From: Prosthecobacter sp.
GTDB lineage: Bacteria; Verrucomicrobiota; Verrucomicrobiia; Verrucomicrobiales; Verrucomicrobiaceae
Length of the DNA stretch: 64,000 nt
Assembly: GCA_044355475.1 (NCBI GenBank)
Contig: JBIKYB010000001.1
Location: 1,153-65,152 of the forward strand
Reading direction: 5' to 3'
Position 1 is the first letter of the stretch. Each line of letters begins with the position of its first letter. Shown one piece after another: positions 21,683 through 30,018 of this stretch. A program made the translations under genes and the position numbers. Under the pieces are notes generated by a model. It made no database searches, was not told the origin of the DNA, and saw only the letters and a list, made by a program, of their open reading frames with translations.

Positions 21683-22119
21683 TTCTGCGGCAGTAAGATT
21701 CGGTTCAAGCGCGCACCATCGACACCCGCGACGAGGTCGCGCAGCGTGTGGCGGTCGAGCGTTTCGTAAAAGGCGTTCACGGCCTGGGCTAGGGCTCCTT
21801 TGAGGCGGCAGGAGCCGTTGATGGGGCAGGTGTTGTGCTGCTTGTCGAAGCACTCGACGATGAAGGGCGTGTCCTCCGTGCGGCGCACGACCATGCCGAT
21901 GCGGATGTCCTCCGGCTTCATGCCCAGCGCGATACCGCCGCCACGGCCACGGCGGGTTTCGAGGTAGCCGAGTTTGGCCAAGTAATTCACCACCTTCACG
22001 AGATGGTGGCGCGAGATGTCGTAGGACTCCGCAACTTCGCTCAGGGAAAAGGATTCCCCCTTCAGCGCGGCAAACATGAGCACGCGCAGGGAGTAGTCGG
22101 TGAAGAGGCTGAGTTTCAT
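21679..22119 (-). CDS. nsrR: Rrf2 family regulator, NsrR-like
   Basis: MKLSLFTDYSLRVLMF, ISRHHLVKVV, RGRGGGI, three Cys (ECF...TCPINGSCRL). Confidence 0.8.
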   Translation of the reverse strand: MKLSLFTDYSLRVLMFAALKGESFSLSEVAESYDISRHHLVKVVNYLAKLGYLETRRGRGGGIALGMKPEDIRIGMVVRRTEDTPFIVECFDKQHNTCPINGSCRLKGALAQAVNAFYETLDRHTLRDLVAGVDGARLNRILLPQK

Positions 22120-22143
22120 GCCCCGGTTTACGAGGGACTCGGC

Positions 22144-22172
22144 TTAAACTTGCACTCGGCGTGCATGTTTAA
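22144..22172. promoter_or_regulatory. Palindromic operator, NsrR/Rrf2-like, upstream of the Rrf2 gene
   Basis: TTAAACTTGCAC-TCGGC-GTGCATGTTTAA, 11/12 complementary arms; resembles the ATGCA...TGCAT NsrR box. Confidence 0.6.
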
Positions 22173-22227
22173 CCGTGACATGCCAAAAGCGGCACACTCG
22201 CGGACAGGATCGGTGCAACGCGGGCAC

Positions 22228-22258
22228 AAAAAAGCCCGGAGGCGCGTCTCCGGGCTTT
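22228..22258 (-). terminator. Rho-independent terminator
   Basis: Stem AAAGCCCGGAG/CTCCGGGCTTT followed by a T run on the minus strand, after the small Cys-rich gene. Confidence 0.8.
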
Positions 22259-22281
22259 CGAGAGGCAGGGCCAAGCCGCGT

Positions 22282-22440
22282 TTAGTGCGAGCAGGACTTG
22301 CAGTCAGCGGCTTTCTTGGCGCAGCAGGGTTTGGCGCAACTGGTGGCGCAGGCTTTTTTCTTGGGGGCGAACGGACAACTGGTGCAACTGCTGAGGGTGA
22401 GCGCCGATGCCACGAGGGCGAGTGTGAGGAGTGCTTTCAT
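22282..22440 (-). CDS. Small Cys-rich lipoprotein (52 aa, metallothionein-like)
   Basis: MKALLTLALVASALTLSSC lipobox, 8 Cys, own terminator. Confidence 0.75.
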   Translation of the reverse strand: MKALLTLALVASALTLSSCTSCPFAPKKKACATSCAKPCCAKKAADCKSCSH

Positions 22441-22549
22441 GGGTGTGTGGTGTTGTTGGATGCGACTGACGCTGGCGGAAAGCCTGCGCACAGAGATAAG
22501 ACACTGTTCCGAAGCGGGTATTCCCGGCAATCTTAAAATTCAGGGCATG

Positions 22550-22578
22550 AAAAAGCCCGGAGGAGAGTCCTCCGGGCC
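22550..22578 (-). terminator. Rho-independent terminator
   Basis: GCCCGGAGGA/TCCTCCGGGC stem plus T run on the minus strand. Confidence 0.75.
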
Positions 22579-22611
22579 TCACGGGTGAAAATCAAATCAC
22601 CGCAGGAAGGA

Positions 22612-22866
22612 TCAGCCCTTCTTGAGGGATTCCACCTTCTTGTGGGAGCTGACGGCCACCACGTCCTTGCCGACGAGCTTGTCAGCGTTCTTGACGGCAG
22701 CGGTGAGGGTCAGTTTGACTTCTTTGCCTTCGGCTTCGATGACGATGGACTTGGAGTCAGCGTCAACGGACTTGAGCTTGCCTTTGGTTTCTTCGGTTTT
22801 GCCGCAGCCTGCGAAGGCAGACACGGAAAGGCCGAGCACGGCGAGGGTGGTGAGGATGGATTTCAT
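22612..22866 (-). CDS. Small secreted basic beta-rich protein (OB-fold-like)
   Basis: Signal peptide MKSILTTLAVLGLSVSAFA; KGKLKSVDADSKSIVI. Confidence 0.75.
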   Translation of the reverse strand: MKSILTTLAVLGLSVSAFAGCGKTEETKGKLKSVDADSKSIVIEAEGKEVKLTLTAAVKNADKLVGKDVVAVSSHKKVESLKKG

Positions 22867-23022
22867 GTTTGGTTTGGGTGTGGTTAGCTTTCCGGCAGGG
22901 AAGTGACCGAGCGGACTTGCACGCATTCAAAACGATTGGGGAGGGGGCTGACAATCAAAATTTTTGTGGGGGGACGGCAAAAAGGCTCGTCAAAGCGCCC
23001 CGGCCTGTGCCACGCTGGCAGG

Positions 23023-23757
23023 ATGAAGAACCGTGCCTCCCGCCTCCTGTACTGCCTGTTTTGGGTGTTTGCCGCCCCTTGCTTGGCCCATCCGCTGCCC
23101 GATGTGCCGGTGCGGGCGGATTTCGCCCAGGACGGGGTTTGGACGCTCCAGGTGGAGGTGGACCCGCGCTGTTTTGAGGAAGACCCAAACGTGGCACTCT
23201 CCGTGACGAACGCAGATCTGGCCCTTTTCACGCCGGAGCGCAAAGAGCAGCTCAAAACCACCGCCCGCGACTATGTGAAGCGCGTGGTCGAGATCGTGCT
23301 TGATCCTGCCTCCCCCGTGAACCCCGAGTTCGTCTTTGAGTTCACCACGCATGAAAACGCGCCGCTGAAAACGCCGGAGGATGTCGTGGTGCTGACAGGA
23401 ACTTGGAAAACCAAGGTGCCCGTCGGTACGACGGGTTATTCCATCAAGGCGCTGCCTGCAGGCACCCTGAGTGTGCTGTATCACAATACCGCCCTGGGCA
23501 AAAAGCTGGACCGCTTCCAGATCCTGTTCCCAGGGGAGTCCAGCTACGTTTTGGACCTGAAGACCTTCAAGCCGCGTACCGATGCCCCGCCGCCAGTCAC
23601 AGCGGACACGCCACCGGAAACCGCCGAGGTGCTGCCTGTCATGGACTGCCCGATGTGCGAGGCAGTTTCCGGCGGCGGCTATGCGATGCCAGCCGCGGCC
23701 TCCGTGGCCGGGATCGTGTTTCTCGTCACTTGGCTGCGGAAAAAGCGGGCGGACTGA
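23023..23757 (+). CDS. Hypothetical secreted protein with C-terminal membrane anchor
   Basis: Signal ending CLA-HP, CPMC near the C-terminus, TM + RKKR. Confidence 0.7.
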   Translation: MKNRASRLLYCLFWVFAAPCLAHPLPDVPVRADFAQDGVWTLQVEVDPRCFEEDPNVALSVTNADLALFTPERKEQLKTTARDYVKRVVEIVLDPASPVNPEFVFEFTTHENAPLKTPEDVVVLTGTWKTKVPVGTTGYSIKALPAGTLSVLYHNTALGKKLDRFQILFPGESSYVLDLKTFKPRTDAPPPVTADTPPETAEVLPVMDCPMCEAVSGGGYAMPAAASVAGIVFLVTWLRKKRAD

Positions 23758-23812
23758 GCACGAGGACGAACTTCCGTTTGCGCCGCCAGCACGTCCGCGT
23801 AAAGGCCGCCGC

Positions 23813-24733
23813 GTGAAACAGGCATTTGTATTGGGCGCAGGCATGGGTGAACGGCTCCGGCCGCTGACGGAACAACTTCCGAAACCGCTCGTGCCCGTGT
23901 TTCACCGGCCGCTCATCACTTACGCTTTCGATCATCTTCACGCGGCGGGGGTGGACCGCTTTGTGGTGAACACGCATCACCTGCCAGATGCCTATGCGCA
24001 GGCATTCCCGGACCAGCGTTATCGCGGCACACCGATCCAGTTTCGCAATGAAAGCCCGGTGCGGCTCGAAACGGCTGGCGGCATCGCCAACGTGCGCGAC
24101 CTGCTCGGGAACGAACCCTTCCTCGTCTATAATGGGGACATCCTGACCGACCTGCCGCTGAAGCCACTGCTCACCGAGCACCGCGAGAATGGAAACATCG
24201 TCACCCTGGTGCTGCGCAGCCATGGTCCATCCCTGCACATCGCGTTTGATCCACGGAGAGGCCGCGTGACGGACATCCGCAACAAGCTCGGCACCGGCGG
24301 CGAGGGGAAATACCTCTTCACTGGCATCTATGCCTGCGATCCGGCCATCCATGACTGGACCACGCCCGGTAAGGTCGAGTCCGTCATCCCCATCTTTCTC
24401 AACATGATCCGCGAAGGGGCCAAAATCGGCGCGGTGGTTATCGACGAGGGCAGTTGGTGGGATCTCGGCAGCCGCACGGCCTACCTAGCCGCGCATTCGG
24501 CTTTGAACGGCATGTATGCCCCCGCCATTGACCCTGCGGCCCAGATTGAGGACGGGGCTGTTTTGCGTGGCATCAACGTCGTCGGAGCCGGAGCCGTGAT
24601 CGAATCAGGTGCCCAACTGGAAGACACCATCGTCTGGCCCGGTGGGCGTGTCGTGCGCGGTGCCCAATTGAAACGCTGCATCGTCCGTGGCGGAATCACC
24701 GCGGCGGGCATTGTGGAGGATGCGGACTTCTAG
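23813..24733 (+). CDS. Sugar-phosphate nucleotidyltransferase (MurU-like)
   Basis: GTG start; AFVLGAGMGERLRPLT...PKPLVPV, LETAGGI, YNGDI. Confidence 0.85.
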   Translation: MKQAFVLGAGMGERLRPLTEQLPKPLVPVFHRPLITYAFDHLHAAGVDRFVVNTHHLPDAYAQAFPDQRYRGTPIQFRNESPVRLETAGGIANVRDLLGNEPFLVYNGDILTDLPLKPLLTEHRENGNIVTLVLRSHGPSLHIAFDPRRGRVTDIRNKLGTGGEGKYLFTGIYACDPAIHDWTTPGKVESVIPIFLNMIREGAKIGAVVIDEGSWWDLGSRTAYLAAHSALNGMYAPAIDPAAQIEDGAVLRGINVVGAGAVIESGAQLEDTIVWPGGRVVRGAQLKRCIVRGGITAAGIVEDADF

Positions 24734-24741
24734 CTGCCAGG

Positions 24742-24827
24742 GTTTCAAGTTTCAGGTTTCAAGTTGTGCCGGAACGTGACCTCCATGAGATTTTCCAGCT
24801 TGAAACTTTGAACCTGAAACTTTGAAC
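24742..24827. repeat. Inverted pair of 7-bp tandem arrays
   Basis: GTTTCAA-GTTTCAG-GTTTCAA-GTT ... TTGAAAC-TTTGAAC-CTGAAAC-TTTGAAC. Confidence 0.85.
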
Positions 24828-24835
24828 TGACGAAA

Positions 24836-25825
24836 ATGCTCCCCGAACACGAGGCCTTGCTCATTCTCACCCGCGAACAGTTCCCGGAACTGAACGGCAC
24901 CCCGTGTGAGGTCGAGGTGATCCTCAAAGGTGCCTCGGACCGTCATTTCTATCGCCTGAACTGGGCAAATGGCCGCCAGCCGATGGTTCTGATGGTTTAC
25001 ACCCTGGCCCGGCGTGACAACCCGAAATTCGTTCCCGCCACTTACCGCCTGAAAAAGATCGGCGCGCATGTGCCGCAGGTCTTCGCCTTTGACGAGCAGC
25101 GCCTCTGTGTGTGGCTGGAAGATCTGGGCCGCGTCGATCTACAGTCCCTCAACGACGAGCCCTGGAGTCACCGCTGCCCACTTTACGAGGCTACCTTGCG
25201 TGAGGCAGCCAAGTTTCATGGCGTGGATGAAAAGTCCCTCTCCCAAGCCGATCTCGACGAGCTGGAACCCGCCTTCGATGAGGCGCTCTACGAGTGGGAG
25301 CAGAACTATTTCCTCGAACATTTCGTCGGCGGTCATCTGGGGCGTGAATTCAGCCATGCCGAATACAGCGCGGCGCATGAAACGCTCAAACAGCTCCGCC
25401 GCAGCCTCGCCAAACTGCCGCGCTGCCTCGTTCATCGCGATTTCCAAAGTCAGAACGTGCTCATCCGGGGCGAGGACGCCTGGCTGGTCGATTACCAAGG
25501 GCTGCGCCTCGGCCGCGCCGAGTACGACCTCGCCTCGCTGCTCTACGATCCGTATGTGAATCTCTCCCGCACCGAGCGTTCCGAATTGCTGCGCTACTAT
25601 GCGCAGCATCGCGGCCTCGATTTGAACGAGCTGCGGGAGGTCTTCTACCTCTGCGCCGCCCAGCGCCTCATGCAGGCTCTCGGCGCTTACGCCAATCTAA
25701 GCCGCAACCTCGGCAAACCGCACTACCTACAGCACATCCCCGCTGCCGTGGCGAACCTGAACGAAGTCTGCCAGGAAGGGCGGAGTTTGAGCGAACTGCG
25801 GGCCTTTTTTGAAGGCGGATTTTGA
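24836..25825 (+). CDS. APH-family phosphotransferase (AmgK-like anomeric sugar kinase)
   Basis: GASDRHFYR, LEDLG, VHRDFQSQN, VDYQG, YDLASLLYDPY; next to murU-like gene. Confidence 0.85.
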   Translation: MLPEHEALLILTREQFPELNGTPCEVEVILKGASDRHFYRLNWANGRQPMVLMVYTLARRDNPKFVPATYRLKKIGAHVPQVFAFDEQRLCVWLEDLGRVDLQSLNDEPWSHRCPLYEATLREAAKFHGVDEKSLSQADLDELEPAFDEALYEWEQNYFLEHFVGGHLGREFSHAEYSAAHETLKQLRRSLAKLPRCLVHRDFQSQNVLIRGEDAWLVDYQGLRLGRAEYDLASLLYDPYVNLSRTERSELLRYYAQHRGLDLNELREVFYLCAAQRLMQALGAYANLSRNLGKPHYLQHIPAAVANLNEVCQEGRSLSELRAFFEGGF

Positions 25826-25834
25826 GGGTGGCGG

Positions 25835-26662
25835 TCAGTCGGCACCTTTGAACGCCGCCTCGATCACCTTCGCTACCTGCTGGCCCATGAGCGTGTAGCC
25901 TTGTGAGTTGAAATGCACATCCTTCGGATTGGCGATGCCTTCGAGCTGTGGCGCGAGGAAGGCGTGCAAGTCGTTGATGGCAACACCGTGCTTTTTCATC
26001 ACTCGCGCGGCGATTTCGTTCTTCTCGGCGATCTGGGTGACGATTTCCGGTCCGTCCTTGGTGTCAGCGGGCACGGGCGTGGTAGTGGCGAAGATGAGCT
26101 TCGCTCCGGTTTGCTTCATGCGGGCGATCAGCGTCTCCAAACGTTGCTCATAATCAGCCGCAGGCGTTTTGCGGTCGTGGATGCCGAAGTTGAAGTGGAT
26201 CACGTCCCATTTGCCATCGCCAAGCCAGATCTCGATCTTCTTCACGCCATTGGCCGTGGGGCCGCAGTTTTCCGGCGCACGATGCACGTTCGCTTTGCCC
26301 GCCATCGCTTTCCGCACGGCCTGCGTGTAGCCGCGTGAGATCGAATCTCCGATCAAGAGCACCCGTGGCAGCTTGGGGTCATCTTGGACGAAATCCCAGG
26401 CGTTGGAGTGCCCCGTGATCTTCTCCTTCTTGTGAATCGGTAGGTAGAAGCCGCCGAGGCACTGCTCCAGTACGCTTTCCCAGGCTTGTTGATCAGAAGG
26501 GAGCTTCGCTTTCCAGGCTTGGTATCTTTCATCGACTGCCTTTTCATCTGCCGCCTTCTTGGCGGCGGCCTCGGCAGCGTTGGTCGGTTCGTTTTGGGTT
26601 TTGATTTGAGCCTGTGTGAGGCCTGCGAACGCGAGAAGGAGGAGGAAGGGCTTCATGTTCAC
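25835..26662 (-). CDS. SGNH/GDSL hydrolase
   Basis: LLIGDSIS, HFNFGIHD, DVHF. Confidence 0.9.
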   Translation of the reverse strand: MNMKPFLLLLAFAGLTQAQIKTQNEPTNAAEAAAKKAADEKAVDERYQAWKAKLPSDQQAWESVLEQCLGGFYLPIHKKEKITGHSNAWDFVQDDPKLPRVLLIGDSISRGYTQAVRKAMAGKANVHRAPENCGPTANGVKKIEIWLGDGKWDVIHFNFGIHDRKTPAADYEQRLETLIARMKQTGAKLIFATTTPVPADTKDGPEIVTQIAEKNEIAARVMKKHGVAINDLHAFLAPQLEGIANPKDVHFNSQGYTLMGQQVAKVIEAAFKGAD

Positions 26663-27372
26663 TTCTTGGGGAGGTGTTCGCTGATCACGGCAGAAACCTT
26701 TTCAGCGAGGTAGCGGCTGCCAGCAGGAGAGTAGTGGACATTGCCATCTGGAAGCTGCGCATCCGGCTTGGCGAGAGCGTGGGCGCGTAGGTCGTTCGTG
26801 GGCACTCCAGCGGCCGTCATCACGCGGGCGGCGGCTTCGTTGTATTTCACTTCATCGCTTTCCACACGGCCATCGCTGCCGGCAGGAACGGGCGTGGTGT
26901 TGCACCAGATGAGCTTCGCGCCAGTGGCCTGCATGGTTTTGACGAGTTCGGCGAGGTTCTTCTCATAATCGGCCAGCGCCACCTGCGGATGCGAGCCTGC
27001 GGCCTTCGGATCAGCGCGCTTCGAGGGATCCTCCTGGATGTATTTCAGATCGTGCAGGCCCCAGTTGAAGTGGATCACGTCCCACTTCGAGTCACCGAGC
27101 CAAGCTTTGATGCTTTTGAGTCCATTCGTCGTCGGGCCGCCGTTGGTGGGGATGCGGTGGACGTTCGCCTTGCCCTTGAGCAATTCGCGCACGTCGAGCG
27201 TGTAACCCATCGAGATCGAGTCGCCGATTAGCAGCACGCGTGGCAGTCCGGCCACGTCCTCGACCTTCACCAGCGAGGGGTTGGGCTTGCGCTCGCGTTT
27301 GACGGGCTTTTTGGGCGTTTCGGCAAGCGCGACGGCGGTGGTGAGCAGGGCGAGGAGCAGGATGAATTTCAT
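26659..27372 (-). CDS. SGNH/GDSL hydrolase (tandem paralog)
   Basis: LLIGDSIS, HFNWGLHD, NVHY. Confidence 0.9.
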   Translation of the reverse strand: MKFILLLALLTTAVALAETPKKPVKRERKPNPSLVKVEDVAGLPRVLLIGDSISMGYTLDVRELLKGKANVHRIPTNGGPTTNGLKSIKAWLGDSKWDVIHFNWGLHDLKYIQEDPSKRADPKAAGSHPQVALADYEKNLAELVKTMQATGAKLIWCNTTPVPAGSDGRVESDEVKYNEAAARVMTAAGVPTNDLRAHALAKPDAQLPDGNVHYSPAGSRYLAEKVSAVISEHLPKK

Positions 27373-27478
27373 GTGGCGGGATTAAACGCGGCACTGCCGC
27401 CGGAATATCGCGAGGTTGAAAAAGATGCTGGCATGCGGGTTTCAGACGCGTTTGATGAGCCTCACCCCTCTCCCAACC

Positions 27479-28114
27479 ATGCGCACGCTTCTTTGCACCC
27501 TCGCTCTCGCCTCGTTTGTTTCTGCCGCCGAACCGGTTTACCTGACGCTTGCTGATTTCACCAACCTGACGGGAGAAGCACCCTCCGGCGGCTGGACGAC
27601 CGAGGGTGACAACACGATTCATCTCGTCGGCAAGGGGGGCGGCAATTTGATTTCCAAAAACGAATACACGAACTTCGAACTCGAGTGGGAGTGGAAGCTC
27701 AATGCCAAGGGCAACAACGGCATCAAATACTGGGTCACCAAGATCGGTGGCAAGGAGTGGCTCGGCATCGAATATCAAATGATCGACGACAGCGGCCATC
27801 CCGACGGCCTCAAGGGCGGCTCTCACACCACGGCGTCGATTTACGACATCAAAGAACCGGTGAAGGACAAAGCCGTGAAAGCCGCTGGTGAGTGGAACAT
27901 GAGCAAGATCATCGTCCAGGACGGCAAGATCCAGCATTGGCTCAACGGCGCACTCGCCTGCGAGGCGGACACCACCACGCCCGAGTGGAAGGGAATGGTC
28001 GGGAAGAGCAAGTTCAAGAGCAAGGAAGGCTTCGCCCCCGGCCAAGGAAAAATCATGCTGACCGAGCACGGCGACGAAACGTGGTTCCGCAACATTCGCC
28101 TCACGGCGAAGTAA
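27479..28114 (+). CDS. DUF1080 (3-keto-disaccharide hydrolase family) protein
   Basis: YTNFELEWEWK, NNGIKY, EYQMIDD, GEWN, HWLNG, WFRNIR. Confidence 0.9.
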   Translation: MRTLLCTLALASFVSAAEPVYLTLADFTNLTGEAPSGGWTTEGDNTIHLVGKGGGNLISKNEYTNFELEWEWKLNAKGNNGIKYWVTKIGGKEWLGIEYQMIDDSGHPDGLKGGSHTTASIYDIKEPVKDKAVKAAGEWNMSKIIVQDGKIQHWLNGALACEADTTTPEWKGMVGKSKFKSKEGFAPGQGKIMLTEHGDETWFRNIRLTAK

Positions 28115-28140
28115 AGTAGTCCAGTTGCTTCGCAACAAGC

Positions 28141-29962
28141 CTACTTTTCCACTTCCGCTCGGTCTTTCTCAAACAACTGCGTCAACTGCACGCGCCGCTC
28201 GCGCACGATGCTGGCATAGGCGTCAAAGTCGTCCTGCACTGGAACGATGAGGTGCATCGTTTCGTTGTCGTAGCGCCGCCATTTGCGCGCGGCTTCCTCC
28301 ATTGCGGCGGCAGGCTTGCCGAGCGCTTGCAGCGCCCGCGTGGCCAGCGCCAAAGCGCTGTGCATCTGCTCATGCACCATGTCTTCCGCCTCAATGCCGA
28401 GTTTGAGCAACTCAAAGCGGTGGCCGTAATCCTGCGCGCGCACCAAGATGCGAACCTTGGGATATTTTTCGCGCACCTCAGTTACCAGTCGCGCCACCTT
28501 GGACTCGTCCGCCAGCGCGATGATCAGCATACAGGCCTGCTCGATGCCCGCCGCGTGCAGCAGATCGAGCCGTGTGGCATCGCCATAAAACACCTTGAAG
28601 CCAAAGGTGCGCAGCATGTCCACATGATCGGGATCAGTTTCCAAAACCGTCACCTTCACGCCCTGCGACATCATGAAACGTCCCAGGAAATTGCCGAAGC
28701 GGCCGAAGCCGGCCAGGATCACTGGCGCATGCTCATCAATCGGGTCTGGAGCGCGTTCCACCTTGCTCACCGCCGTGTAGCGCTGGGCGATAACGCGTTC
28801 ATAAACGATGAACAGCAGCGGCGTCACCGCCATGGAGAGTGCCACGACGGCCACGAGCAGCTTCGCATTCTCCGCATCGAGAATTTGCTGCTGCGAGGCC
28901 ATCGACAGCAGTGCAAAGGCAAACTCACCGCCCTGCGCCAGCGCCAGCGCCAGCAACCAGCGGTGACTGCCGCGAATCTTCAGCAGCGTGGCAATCGCCA
29001 ACAGCACCAGCGTCTTCAACACGATCAATCCAAGAACCAAAACGCCTACCAGCAGCGGTTTGGCGGCGATTACGCTAAAATCCAGTGACGCACCGACGGC
29101 GAGGAAGAACAAACCGAGCAGCAGGCCTTTGAACGGCTCCAGATTGCTCTCCAACTCATGCCGGTAATGACTTCCCGCGAGCACCACGCCCGCGACAAAG
29201 GCTCCGAGCGCTGGCGAAAGGCCCACCTGCGTCATCAGCAGCGCCACACCGACGATCAAGAGCAGCGCCGCCGCCGTCAGCAGCTCACGCAGGCCTGTTT
29301 TTGCCAGAATCGCGAAGCCACGCGGAACCACGAACTGACCAGCGATCACAATCGCCACCACCGCGCTCAGCGTGACGAGCGGCTGTGCCCAATGTGGCAG
29401 TTCTTGCAGCCAGCCATGATGCTCGGTCGTTGTTTCACTCGGTGCGAGCAGCGGAAACACCGCCAGCATCGGAATGACCGCGATGTCTTGAAACAGCAGC
29501 ACCGCGAACGAATCCGCGCCGCCATCCGTGCGCATCAGCGCCTTCTCTTGCAGCGTCTGAATCACGATGGCGGTCGATGACAGTGCCAAAATCATGCCCG
29601 TGGCGATGGCGGGCTTGAAATCCAGCCCGCAAGCCATCGCGATGCCCATCACCGCCAGCGCCGTGAACACGACCTGCATGCCGCCGAGGCCAAAAATCGG
29701 CCCGCGCATGCGCCACAGCCGCGACGGCTCCAGTTCGAGGCCGATCATGAACAGCATGATCACCACGCCAAATTCCGCGAAATGCAGCGCCTCCTCGCCT
29801 TGCGCCCCCCCCGACCCAGCCCAGCACAAACGGCCCGATCAAGGCCCCGCCGATGAGATAACCCAGCACGCTGCCCAATCCCAGCCGATGCGCCACTGGC
29901 ACCAGAAGAACGGCTGCTGCGAGGTAGATGAAGGCTGAGAGGAAGAAGTTCGGATCGTGCAT
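28141..29962 (-). pseudogene. KefB/KefC-type CPA2 K+/H+ antiporter, frameshifted at a G8 tract (29805-29812)
   Basis: N-terminus ([18 protein letters not shown]) in the 29962 frame, remainder ([20 protein letters not shown]) in another frame; removing one G joins them. Confidence 0.85.
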
Positions 29963-30018
29963 GCGCGTGGGCGAATGTTGATGCCAAAATCACGGCGATG
30001 CCAAATCAGATTTGCCGT

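Noticed and set aside
25835-27372. Recent tandem duplication of SGNH hydrolases
   Set aside because: Paralogs are well diverged; an ordinary family expansion
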